Of a stretch of DNA of 64,000 nucleotides, positions 24,747-37,229 are shown piece after piece. Location of the stretch: assembly GCA_053919585.1 (NCBI GenBank), contig CM132791.1; one strand, given 5' to 3'. The notes beneath the pieces are model-generated. The model did no database searches and was not told the origin of the DNA. It saw only the letters and a program-made list of their open reading frames with translations. Position 1 is the first letter of the stretch. Every line of letters starts with the position of its first letter. A program made the position numbers and the translations under genes. The stretch is from Euprymna scolopes (lineage: Eukaryota).

Positions 24747-25099
24747 ACCATAAAATATCTTAAGAATCTAAGATTGCATATTCGTTGATTATTGTTGAAG
24801 TCAAATACAGAGAAGTCCCTTTAGGTGCAATTATGTAAACTGATTACTTGAGGAGATAGGACCCTCTTGGCAGCTAGGACATTATGAACCACGTAATCAG
24901 TTATCTTAACTACATGAAGTAGTATATATTAAGGTTAAAATTCAAGCGCTAAATTTCAGCCCATCGAGTAAATAACTTAAAAAAATGCTGAAACCATTTA
25001 TTTATTACGTATGAATAATATGATCGGGTGTTTATTTAGATTTGCACTTATTTAGGAAAACAAGAATAAAAAAAAACTTTATATATATATATATATATA

Positions 25100-25584
25100 T
25101 ATATTTAAAAGAGTGTAGCCATCAACAATTGTGGGTTTTTTTTAAAGGTTTTCATCATATTTTTATTTTAAAATATTTTTATAACGCGTTTCGAGCTTTA
25201 GGGTGTGCTCTCTTCAGATATTTTCGTAAAAAGTTTTTCTTTAAAATGGGAGTTTGTGGATATGCCTCCGCTGATATTAAATATGTTTTTCATAGTGGCG
25301 TGATGCGTGTGTTCAGTGTTTAGACGTTCTGTCTCCAACTTGAAGTTGGAGACAGAACGTCTAAACACTGAACACACGCATCACGCCACTATGAAAAACA
25401 TATTTAATATCAGCGGAGGCATATCCACAAACTCCCATTTTAAAGAAAAACTTTTTACGAAAATATCTGAAGAGAGCACACCCTAAAGCTCGAAACGCGT
25501 TATAAAAATATTTTAAAATAAAAATATGATGAAAACCTTTAAAAAAAACCCACAATTGTTGATGGCTACACTCTTTTAAATATA
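25100..25584. repeat. Perfect 485-bp palindrome (242-bp arms, 1-nt centre at 25342) carrying one hammerhead per arm
   Basis: The ORF track gives the same peptide on both strands; centre ...ctccaactt g aagttggag... Confidence 0.95.
25464..25504 (+). ncRNA. Hammerhead ribozyme with an intact core (mirror copy at 25180-25220 on the minus strand)
   Basis: TAT-CTGAAGA-GAGC-acaccctaaa-GCTC-GAAA-CGCG-TT-ATA; palindromic ACGCGT stem III and GUU triplet. Confidence 0.8.
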
Positions 25585-25601
25585 CATTTTTTCTCTCGTT
25601 G

Positions 25602-25741
25602 NNNNNNNNNNNNNNNNNNNNNNNNNNNNNNNNNNNNNNNNNNNNNNNNNNNNNNNNNNNNNNNNNNNNNNNNNNNNNNNNNNNNNNNNNNNNNNNNNNN
25701 NNNNNNNNNNNNNNNNNNNNNNNNNNNNNNNNNNNNNNNNN
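25602..25741. other. Assembly gap
   Basis: Run of N. Confidence 1.
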
Positions 25742-26063
25742 TATTAAATTAAAATACGAACACAAAAATTGTTCAAATAATTTTTGTTTTATTTAGAAAA
25801 TCGAATTTTACGATTTTTAGCTATTAATTAGGAATAGTAATCAATTCATTCTGGACATTTCGTTAAGGGGTAACCCGGGATGAATTTAGAATTCAACTCA
25901 ATATGGTAACTTGTTTCTCTCGCATCAAGAAATTAATAAAATTTTAATTTCTTAAATAAAAAAACTACTTGATCAAATTACGTGATCTTTTTGGTATATG
26001 AAAACCTCTCTTTAGTGACTGGTACGTACATCAAAAAGACTTTTCTGCGTTTTTTACTTAAAA

Positions 26064-26672
26064 TCTTAACTATTATATTAAAGTTACTTTGTGTGTGTGA
26101 GTGTGTTCCTCATTAATTCTGCAGCGGCTCGGCCTATCTTTTGCAAATGTCACGCAAAGGTAAGTTATATTTCTGACAGTGTTCTTAGTTATGCTTGGTA
26201 CAGTAATCAGCATGATAAGTATCGAAAACAAAAACAATCTAATCTTTCTTCTCTTATAGATAAAAAGGAATTCTTTACTTGAGAATATTTTACGTTACAC
26301 CGGCCAAGGTTTACCCGGTGTAATGTAAAATATTCTCCTATAAAAATTATTCTTTATAAGTATCAGAGAAGAAAGACTATTCTTATGATCATCAACCCCA
26401 AATATCAGCTGATGTCATATTGTTGACAAACACAGACGGAAATTGAAGAACGACATTATCATTATTATTTTTTTGTTGTTTATTTGTTTTTGTTTGTTTT
26501 TTTTTTGTTTTTTGTTTTTTTTTTTTTGTTTTTTGAAAATTAGTCCACCGGGCAAATAATTCTTCTAATATATAATATTCAATAGAGGATTGATTCTATA
26601 ATAATTCATTCGCAATGTGCATAAATTAAAATATCATGCTGTACGCCCGGGCAACGCTGGGCATCTAGCTAG
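26064..26672 (+). mobile_element. Non-autonomous Helitron, same family as 6755-13203
   Basis: A|TC 5' end and (GT)n; 3' hairpin gcccggg-caacg-ctgggc followed by CTAG. Confidence 0.8.
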
Positions 26673-26820
26673 CTGTCATTAAAAGTTGTCTAAATGAGCC
26701 ACGATGATTGTATTGTTGGAATTATTGTTTGCTTTTCTAGTTAGAATCTTTTTTTATAAAAACATCAAGTACAGGAAGAATCATGTGAAAGTTATCAACA
26801 CCATTATTAAAAGTGTTTCC

Positions 26821-26895
26821 GTTGAACGAACTGGATTCGAACTTGGTACACTCAAGTTTTCAGTCCGTTTTGCTAACAACATAACCACCATCAAC
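26821..26895 (-). mobile_element. tRNA-derived sequence (SINE head or pseudo-tRNA)
   Basis: Minus strand GTTGATG...AGTTCGAATCC...CGTTCAAC with a B-box and complementary ends. Confidence 0.55.
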
Positions 26896-27552
26896 GCTCA
26901 CTTAAACCATATGAGTCTGGCACATCCAAGTCATCTAAAAGCGAATCTTAGTAAAGGTAAACAAGATCCATCATATCTAGTTTAATATTAAGATCGCCTC
27001 CGTCCGTTACACAATCTATAATGTGTACAGAAATAAGTCAAACATTTTAACACTTGTGACAAACTTCGACTTGTATCTTCGGCCAGTTCACAGATTGCAA
27101 CCGTGTAAATTAGTGAAAAATATGGAATCGCCTTAAACACGTTCGAATGTCGGATAAATATAATAAACTTATGTTTCCATCGTATGTCCGCTCCACCGTG
27201 CGTCCGTAAATAGAATACACACTTTCTGAACGGAGTAAATGATAATATAGCCGAAACCCGTACTGTCTATTCCTGACTACCGTGCTAATTTTTTTGTGTA
27301 CATACATCGTAATACCATTTTTCGATTCATCGGCACTGATAAGGATTAATTCTTCTTTCTTTTATAAAAGATGAAAATTCATTATCGCTAAATAAAAATA
27401 AAAAAATTAAGCGATTATTATAGCCAAGTCCCGTGTTCGTAACTAGTATTTTGTAGTTTGTATACTTAAAAATCTCCTTATGATTGATTTGGAAGCATTT
27501 ATGTGTTATTTAGAAGCCTTTAAACTTTATATTCCTGACTATTTGCAAAGTT

Positions 27553-27876
27553 TGTGTATGCGTGTGAGTATGCGTGTGTGTATGTGTGCGTGTGTTTGTT
27601 AATATATGTGCGTGATGCCGTGTTTATATGTTATTGTGTTTGCACGTGTGTGTGTTTTATGTGTGTGTGTGTGTTTATGTGCATGTGTTTGTTTACGTTT
27701 GAGAGTGCGTGAGTGTGTGTATGTGTGCGCGTGTTTGTGTGTGTGTGAGTGCGTGCGTATGTGTATGTGTGCATGTGTTTATTTGTGTGTTTGCGCTTGT
27801 GAGTGCGTGTGAGTATATGTGCGTTTGTGTGTATGTATGCGCGTATGTGTGTATGTGTCCTTGTGTAGGTGTGTTT

Positions 27877-27952
<76 letters not shown>
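27553..27952. repeat. Degenerate then perfect (GT)n; (AAT)n follows at 28008-28051
   Basis: Direct inspection. Confidence 0.97.
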
Positions 27953-27953
<1 letters not shown>

Positions 27954-28005
27954 GCTTCAACTAGACTACGCCACGGCAATGCTTGGTTTGGTGGGTTCAG
28001 CTAGT

Positions 28006-28054
<49 letters not shown>

Positions 28055-28583
28055 TTTCAGATAAACACTCGCAGCTAAATTCCAATTCCAAATGTTACTT
28101 TAATAGGTCATTACGTGTCAACCCCTTAAAATTTTTACGAAGAGAAATTCAATCGTTATAGTATTTAGAGTCGAAAATCAGTTTCAAATATATATTCAAG
28201 GTAAAATAATCGGTAATGTTTTATTGGGACAGGTCGCCAGATACGTCATTTTAATTTGCCAAAAAGTACACCAAAAAGTAGGTCATGCGTGAAATTTCTT
28301 TTTGTCATAAAATACATTTCTACAGAAACAAAAACATTTTTACATTTTTATCTGGTGAATAAACATAAAATTACATATGAAAAACCCCGTTTATTATTTT
28401 TGTACAATCCAACAACGGAGTTGAAGTCGATGTTATGCTTCTAAAACATTTTTTTTAATTCAACAGTGGACTCTTTCATATATAATATATTGATGTTGGC
28501 ATTTTGTGGATGTTCAGCGTAAATGGAGACGCCCTGACATTATTGTAGCTCTGTTGGTAAAACTGCAAAATTATTTGTCTAAG

Positions 28584-28660
28584 CTAGCAGGAATGCCAGG
28601 CGTAGCTCGGTGGTAAGATATGCTTAAATATGATATTTAATTTATGCAGATTTCGTATAA
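28584..28660 (-). mobile_element. Helitron 3' end, same family
   Basis: Minus strand tacgaaatctgcataaattaaatatcata...ccgagctacgcctggcattcctgCTAG. Confidence 0.7.
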
Positions 28661-30427
28661 TAGAGTCAATCTTTGATCAATTCTTATATATGATAAAGTT
28701 ATGATTTTAAAACTAAGAATATATATCCATATGACTTGGATGCATCAGCTTGAATCGAAACCGAAACTAAAACTTACGAAGAATTCTTGGTCAGATTATT
28801 GATTACAAGAAATGGAAGGACATAACAATCAAACAACAGTCACTCGAAAGAAAAAAGATGTACGCTTACACACACAATGACACACACGCTATCATATTTA
28901 TATATAGATTGTTCAAGTTAATAATAAAACTTGCCAGTCCTTGGTTATACGCGCCTCGGGACTATTTTATACTCTTTCTGCCTTTTTCTCCTTGAAGTGT
29001 TCTTTATAACGATATTTTTTTATTAAGAAAACGGAGTTTCTCGATGCGCATCCTCTTAACTGAAAGTAAAATTAATAATTTATTACAGCCCTCATACCTG
29101 TACGTCAGAAAAAATGGCGTTCTAGCCGAGAATGTATTTTAAAGGATGTTAGGGCATAATTTTATCAAAGTGCATTCCATTTTTTGTTATTTCCATATAG
29201 AAAACATTATTCGCAATTTCTAAGAAAGATTTTCTTTTCATTGCGATGTCTTTAATTTATTGCATCTACATTTAATTTATCATATCTATAAAGGACGTCT
29301 ATCCCCTGGGTACTCATATCTATTGTTTATGAGAGAATATGAAAAGATTCGGGCTTTTTTTCATATTTAATGTCTATTTTTATAAAGAGCTATTGTGCTA
29401 ATGTACCCAGCAATACAGTTCAAAAATTTGTGAACCCATAATTTATTACACAGCCATCTGTAAAATAGTAAATTGTCTTCAATTAATCATGTACAAGGAT
29501 GTTTTGTCAACACTGTCAGTATTTCGCAAAGAAAATAACAAAAATGCATAGATATGCCGTAAAACAGTCAAAATCTCATAAAATTCATATCGGACATAGT
29601 TGGTCTGTCTTTTTTATATATAAAAGATGGAAAATATATATAAAGAAAGATTAAATGAGTTTATCAACAGAACAAATGTATAGTTTACTGAAGTGACAAT
29701 GAATTTTGCGACAGCTAACAATAGGAAGTAACAATTTACGGACAGTCTTGAGTTTAGCTTTTGGACTCGAAGCAAATCGAGATGAGTTGACGTCAATTGA
29801 CGAACACGGCCTCAACATCAGGCGTAGGTGAGCACGTTAGTGTTTTGCGATTTTTTTTTGATTTTTTTTTTTGCGATAGTATCATACTCGCTCGCACTTA
29901 GAGTCCAACCGATACATAATATGTTGTGGTATTTTGTTTTTCTTGAGGTTGTGACTTCAGTTGTTTTTTTATATACTTGTGACACACTGCGCCACTAATG
30001 TGAGAGACGACGGCATGGTCAAATGGAAATATGAAGGCTACAGGATATGCCTATCGACATTAGTCTTTGAAAAACAAGGATATAGGTAGGAGAAAACAGT
30101 CACCAGAGAAAGAGTTACACAAGACTGCAATTATTTGAAATAGAAAGGTTATTGCAATGAGGCATCAAAGCAGCTAATTACGAGTCTAACAGATCAGTCA
30201 ATTCTGATAAATATATCGAGTATTAATAGAAAAAAACACACAGACTGTCATCTTCATGCCTTTAAAAGAGACTCTGTTGAGAAAAAGAAAGGGTGTAGCC
30301 AATCGAAATGCAGAGACGGTCTTCATCTGATCAAAACTCTCAAACTGAAAAGAGATTTACCAGTCAAAAAGTATGTTATGTTCTGTGGGAGTAAAGGTTA
30401 TGATGTATGTATATTTTTTAGAGTATA

Positions 30428-30490
<63 letters not shown>

Positions 30491-30514
30491 CGTTTTATTT
30501 TTTATTACCGTATC

Positions 30515-30595
30515 TTTCTGTTAAGTTACATTATTGTTTCGACTACACGGCCGTTTTTTTTTACCGTCTGCAGCGTCCTCAGACTTTTACAGAAA
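30515..30595 (-). ncRNA. Type I hammerhead ribozyme, near-canonical and monomeric
   Basis: TTTCTGT-aa-AAGT-CTGAGGA-cGCTGCAgaCGG...CCGTGTAGTc-GAAA-CA-ataa-TG-TA^ACTT-a-ACAGAAA; the only defect is C10.1:C11.1; predicted cut between 30527 and 30526. Confidence 0.88.
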
Positions 30596-31599
30596 TGATC
30601 GCTATTTTGGGATGAAAGAGTGGAAGAGTGAATGAGGTCAGGGGGGTTGCGAGGAGGACAGAAGATGAAGAGAGGAAAGGAATAATAGGGAAGGTGGGGG
30701 CGCGTTTTATATGTCGATAACGTTTTAGTTTTGGGGTTTAAAGAACTTGTGAGGGAGGGTCTGGGAAGTTCATTTTTGGTGTGGTTGAGGGCATAGGGAT
30801 ACATTAGGGGAAGGGGAATATGTGGGGGTTAATTTAAAATTCGAGTCTTAGTGTTAAAGTTTTTAGGGTCTCGTTGGTGAGGTGATTTCTTGGTAAGTAT
30901 GTTTTGAGCTGTTGGGTGTTCGCTTATGTTTGGAGGCGGGGGGGGCTATGATTCGGTGTATTTATTTTTAGATTCTGTTTTGTTGGTTGTTTGTACACAC
31001 ATATATACTTAAAAGAAACCGTCACGGGTGCACATACATGCCCGCCCTGGCGTGCAAATATATGTGCATATGTGCGCTTAAATGCATAGATACCTGCGTT
31101 GTTCTCGCTTGCGTCAAATTTTCTTTAAGGTGCTAAGATTGGGTGCGCGTGCGTAGGTATGGATGCGCACATACACAGATACATACATACATCGACGCCC
31201 CTGCCCCCAAGGAGGCGGTTATACGGGCTTCTATGCGCATATTGCTTCAGGCATACTAGCACCCCACGGATACGTTCAAGCGCGTGCGCGCATGCAGATA
31301 CCAGTACTCGTGAGCACATACATCGACATATATACATAGCTGCACGCTCTCCCACACCAGGTGGACAGCAGGCAGCGGGCATCTATACTCTCACATCCAC
31401 ACACGCATACACAGGCACATGCACACACACACTGTTACCCCGTGTACACACGGATGCCCACGTGGATGTACACGCGCGTGCATATACACACATACACATC
31501 CAGGTATACAGACAGTTATTGGTATAGACATATTCGTCTGGATAAATTTAAATCTAAGTGCATTTGTGGGTACATAGGACCAATACTTTCGTTCGATGT

Positions 31600-33397
31600 A
31601 GACATTATTATACATAGATATGATTATACATAGACATGATTATACATAGATATGATTATACATAGACATGATTATACATAGATATGATTATACATAGATA
31701 TGATTATACATAGATATGAGTATACATAGACATGATTGTACATAGACAATGATTATACATAGATATGATTATACATAGACATGATTATACATAGATATGA
31801 TTATACATAGATATGATTATACATAGATATGATTATACATAGACATGATTATACATAGATATGATTATACATAGATATGATTATACATAGATATGATTAT
31901 ACATAGATATGATTATACATAGATATGATTATACATAGACATGATTATACATAGACATTATTATACATAGATATGATTATACATAGATATGATTATACAT
32001 AGACATGATTATAAATAGATATGATTATACATAGATATGATTATACATAGATATGATTATACATAGACATGATTATACATAGACATGATTTTACATAGAC
32101 ATGATTTTACATAGACATGATTATACATAGATATGATTATACATAGACATGATTATACATAGATATGATTATACATAGATATGATTATACATAGACATGA
32201 TTATACATAGACATGATTATACATAGACATGATTATACATAGACATGATTATAAATAGATATGATTATACATAGATATGATTATACATAGATATGATTAT
32301 ACATAGACATGATTATACATAGATATGATTATACATAGATATGATTATACATAGACATGATTATACATAGACATGATTTTACATAGACATGATTTTACAT
32401 AGATATGATTATACATAGACATGATTATACATAGACATGATTATACATAGATATGATTATATATAGACATGATTATACATAGATATGATTATATATACAG
32501 ACATGATTATACATAGACATGATTATACATAGACATGATTATACATAGATATGATTATACATAGATATGATTATACATAGACATGATTATACATAGACAT
32601 GATTATACATAGACATGATTTTACATAGACATGATTATACATAGATATGATTATACATAGATATGATTATACATAGATATGATTATACATAGACATGATT
32701 ATACATAGATATGATTATACATAGATATGATTATACATAGACATGATTATACATAGATATGATTATACATAGATATGATTATATATAGACATGATTATAC
32801 ATAGATATGATTATATATACAGACATGATTATACATAGACATGATTATACATAGACATGATTATACATAGACATGATTATACATAGATATGATTATACAT
32901 AGATATGATTATACATAGACATGATTATACATAGACATGATTTTACATAGACATGATTATACATAGATATGATTATACATAGATATGATTATACATAGAT
33001 ATGATTATACATAGACATGATTATACATAGATATGATTATACATAGACATGATTATACATAGATATCATTATACATAGACATGATTATACATAGATATGA
33101 TTATACATAGATATGATTATACATAGACATGATTATACATAGATATGATTATACATAGACATGATTATACATAGATATGATTATACATAGATATGATTAT
33201 ACATAGATATGATTATACATAGACATGATTATACATAGATATGATTATACATAGATATGATTATACATAGATATGATTATATATAGACATGATTATACAT
33301 AGATAGGATTATACATAGACATGATTATACATAGATGTGATTATACATAGATATTATTATACATAGATATGATTATATATAGACATGATTATACATA
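31600..33397. repeat. 16-bp minisatellite (ATGATTATACATAGAY), ~110 copies
   Basis: Near-perfect tandem array with a C/T dimorphism at one position. Confidence 0.99.
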
Positions 33398-34318
33398 GAG
33401 AGGGTTCTGTACATAATGTTTTCATTTTCATTAGTGTTTTTTTTTTGTTAGATGTGGGTGCACACGGGCGCGCCGGCGTACTCCTCCGCATACAAATATA
33501 ACCCACAGATGCACGCTCCCACACGCATGCATGTACACAGATAAGCATACATACGCACATACACATATGCACGCACATATGCTCTCGTTATATACATCTG
33601 CAAAGATACGCACCCACACTCCCTCAAGCACAGATATTTGCGCACGCATATACATACGGGTATATAGCGTTGCATGCCGTAAATATGGGCGTGGGTGTCA
33701 TCCACATATACTTAACATACGCATTAATAAGCGCCCCCGTACCCGGGATAGTGGTTCTAGGTAGCCATGTTTATAGATTTTGGGAAGGAGTTTTGGGTGG
33801 TTTATATGGGGATTGAGTGCTGTAGTTATTGTTCTAAGTTGGGGTATTTTTTTATGGTATTATCGATCAGTTTTGGCGGAAGGCTATATTAAGGTGTCAT
33901 ACTCTAAGGTGTGCGTCTATGCACATGAGGCATCGGTTCGTTGTACATTTCCATGTGCACTTACCTGTGCAGGTGTAAATCCACATAATCATATGTAAAC
34001 AATTTCCGTGTTAAGTCGTGGAGGTTGCAGGTAGGGTGTGTTGGGGTTGGGCGGGGGACACGGGGGGAGGGGAATCGATGCCGATTATTGGGTGGCTATG
34101 TGGGATGAGGTTATGTGGTGTTTAGAGTTGGTGGTGATTAGGGGTATGTGTTATTTTGTTGGATTTAGGGGGATTCTTAGGGGGAGGGGGTAAGGTGGTG
34201 TGGGTGTGGGGGGAGTTGGTTGAGGGGGTTTGCTTGAGTGTATGTTAAGGTAATTGTGGTGGGTGGTTGTATTGGATATATAGTTAGGGATTTAAGGTGA
34301 TGTTGTCTAAGGGATGTT

Positions 34319-34701
34319 TTAGAGAGGTTTATAGTTGCTAAGGAGGTGTGATCTATAATGCCTACAGTTTATGATGGTTCCCTGTTTTTTGTTTAGTAAT
34401 TTGTCTCTGTCTTTAAATTTGGAGATAAGGAGTTTTTCGTTTAGGCAGAGGAGACATGGGGAGTTTAGGGATTTACATGTGCTAGATTTTCTTAGGATTT
34501 CCCATTTAATGGTTGGTGTAAGGTTATTTTGAGTTAGATGTAGGTAGTGGTTAGTTAGTGAGGTTTTGTTAGGGTGGTTAGGGTTTGTGAAGGAGCATTT
34601 ATGTACTCTGAATCTATCCTTAAATGAGGTGCTGGCCAGGCCAATATAATATTTTTTGTCGTTTGGGTTTTCTTTAGGTGCGATTGTGGCTTTATATACT
34701 A

Positions 34702-34702
<1 letters not shown>
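34319..34702 (-). pseudogene. GIY-YIG endonuclease domain of the PLE: 127 uninterrupted codons, no start codon (not in the ORF track)
   Basis: VVYKATI..KYYIGLASTSFKDRFRVHKCSF..TSLTNHY..IKWEIL..CLLCLNEKLLI..LLNKK..CRH..LSNYKPL*. Confidence 0.92.
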
Positions 34703-34733
<31 letters not shown>

Positions 34734-34736
34734 CTA

Positions 34737-34782
<46 letters not shown>

Positions 34783-34914
34783 TCTGTGAATTATTTCATG
34801 AAGTCTCTGTCTATTATAAGTTCTCGTCAAAATTCTCAGCTATTCTATTTTAAGATATTAGCATGTATGTGTGAAAGTCGTAACTTAAATCAAGATTAAC
34901 AGCGCTTCTTTTCA

Positions 34915-35030
34915 TTAGTCCGGCATAATCACTGTGACACACCGGTTCTCGTTAAATCATCAAAGTCAAGCAACTTTAGACCTAGCCAATACCAGATGGG
35001 TGACGAATTTGGAAATTTTAGCCGCTGTAT
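34915..35030 (+). pseudogene. 5S rRNA-derived sequence (pseudogene or SINE3 head)
   Basis: acaccggttctcgtt..atca.c.aagtcaagca...gatgggtgac...gctgta follows the metazoan 5S consensus with many substitutions. Confidence 0.75.
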
Positions 35031-35399
35031 GTGATTAATTTGGGAATTCTATGCCCTGAAAGAGTTGCAAAACTAATATCGTTATCTCCCCTAACGGGAT
35101 TTACATGCGACTAGGGACCGCTTGGTTATTTCATACTCCCATCGAACTTACTCTTTTAGAGGAAACCAGTTAAACCCGCATAAGTTTAGTGCTATTTTCA
35201 ATTCCATTTTCATAATTCACACCATCATTTAACTTTGATGTCAGCGGCCAAACACTCGACTAACTGTCCTCCCCATTACGCCCTTCCTCGTATGCAAACT
35301 AATTTCTTTTTTTAAACCAGACGCCTCCCGTGATCATTAAAGATCGTTTCACATTTCATAGTCCTCATCATCACTTACATCTCTAGCGTCTCCTACACC

Positions 35400-35760
35400 G
35401 CCATACAAAACTAGTTCTCCATACACAACCAGACACAACTAATATTTCATACACGGCCAAACACAACTAACATTTCATACACGGCTAGACACTACAAGCC
35501 TATTATACATTCCCAGACATATTTAGTTCTTCATAGATGACCGGATGTATCCTTCATACACAGTTAGACACAATGTCCTTAATATATGGCAAGACACAAT
35601 CAGTCTTTTATGCGCGTTCAGACATAAATAGTTTTTCATACACAACCAGACATAATTAACGCTTCCTATATTGTCAGACACAACTAGCTCTTTATTTACG
35701 GCCAATAAGAAATAATCCTTCATATACGAATAGACATAAGTATTCCTTAATACATGTCCG
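35400..35760. repeat. Degenerate ~30-bp repeat (catacacaaccagacacaactaatattt)
   Basis: About 10 diverged units. Confidence 0.7.
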
Positions 35761-35924
35761 TCATCTTGTTGTCGGTTTAACTAAAGCGCTTGGCACTACT
35801 TGCGTTTCAAACTAAATAAACGCTTTAAAATAAGTTAAAACAAGCAAACAAAAAAACTTATTGAGGGAGATAGAAAAGTAATTTATTTCTCCTTTGGTAA
35901 TGTTATCTTTTATTTTTATTTTTA

Positions 35925-36000
35925 TTTTTTACAAAGGAGTCACCACTTATCAAAACCTGGTGGCCACTTGAGGATAAGGGTTAATGAGTATACGAATATC
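35925..36000 (-). mobile_element. Very short 3'-end-only LINE insertion
   Basis: gtcaccacttatcaa...ggccacttgaggataagggtta is the family 3' UTR, with an A-rich tail on the minus strand. Confidence 0.75.
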
Positions 36001-36040
36001 TATATAAATGAACCCTCACAAAGAGTAAGCCAGTCAGTCG

Positions 36041-36082
<42 letters not shown>

Positions 36083-36443
36083 CTGTCACATTTTTTCACT
36101 GCAAGACATCCGACACAACCACGCACTTCACCTCACCTCACACGCCTTTCAGAAACGTGAAAACACCAGTAACAATTTATAATCAAAAGATTTGTCAGCA
36201 TAAAATAAAAGCAACATATTCTTTTATAGATAAACTGTGTTATAAAAATAAGGGGTTAAAATAGATTTTAAAGTGTTAAAATAGTTTTTAAGGGGTTAAA
36301 ATAGTTTTTAAGGGGTTAAAATGGGGGTAAAAATTGAAAAAATCGTTAAACATTTTGTACATTCATTTTAGTTTGTTCTTAATCAGTTCATGTGTGTCAT
36401 TATTATGCATTCGTGATTGCAAAAGATCTAGTAAAATAGTGAT

Positions 36444-36590
36444 TTTTTATATAGGCATCACCACTTATCAAGGCCAAGAGGTCACTCGAGGATAAGGGCC
36501 AAAGAGTGTACAGTAGTCAATTGGACAATAAAGTAATCGTTAGTAATGGAAATTCGGTAAATTTGTTAACTTAAATGGAACGGCTCTTCA
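36444..36590 (-). mobile_element. Short 3'-end LINE insertion
   Basis: Close match to 18275-18415. Confidence 0.85.
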
Positions 36591-37229
36591 ATCCAAATTA
36601 AGTGTTCATACACGGTCATGCATAACTACTCTACATGGCCAGAGATAGCTAGCTCTTCACCTATTAAAAATCGAAAATCAAAAAGTCTGGCTCTCGAATT
36701 GTATTAACAATTTTCCAAAATGTTGATGTCGACTAAAAAAAAAAAAACTTCGACTCTAGAATCGTAATTAGCGACTCCATAGCAACACCAACTAGCAACG
36801 GGTCCGACTCTCGAATCCCAATTTACAATTCTTCAAAGCATGACGAACCCAACTTTACAAAAATTCTGACCCTCGATTTGTAAATAACGATTTTCCAAAA
36901 CATGGCAATGACAATTCTCAATAATTCGACGCCCAATTTTCTAAATCACGATGCTAACTCAATTGTCACTCTTTTTTCCTATGATGAATAATCGATGTGG
37001 TCCCAATTAAGCGCATGAATTTACTTTCTCGACAAAAGAGCTTGTAATTAAAATGTGCAACACTGTTTTTTGCTGAAACCGTAAGTTGCACCTCATTTTG
37101 ACATCGATGTGTTCTCTCGGCCGCTAAACACTCGACTCACTATTCTTCCACAGTTTTTTTTTTTTTTGTCAATTCACCCCAAACGTCAGGGGCTACTATT
37201 TTGGAACCAGATTTGTGGGGATATTATTT

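Larger units (their letters stand above)
30491..34702 (-). mobile_element. 5'-truncated Penelope-like element (Neptune-type GIY-YIG) with a long 3' region and terminal hammerhead
   Basis: GIY-YIG frame at 34319-34702, C-rich sense strand, HHR at 30515-30595; bounded by (CA)n(TA)n at 30429-30490 and (CT)n(CTAT)n(TA)n at 34703-34780. Confidence 0.8.

Noticed and set aside
25042-25765. Duplicated 'gene' on both strands
   Set aside because: A by-product of the perfect palindrome plus the N-gap; no protein motif.
30270-30320. Hammerhead ctgttga...tcgaaatgcagag
   Set aside because: The core is mutated and stem II has only 2 bp; not supportable.
31600-33397. CRISPR-like or coding repeat
   Set aside because: No spacers; the 16-bp unit shifts frame each copy and contains TGA and TAG, so there is no ORF.
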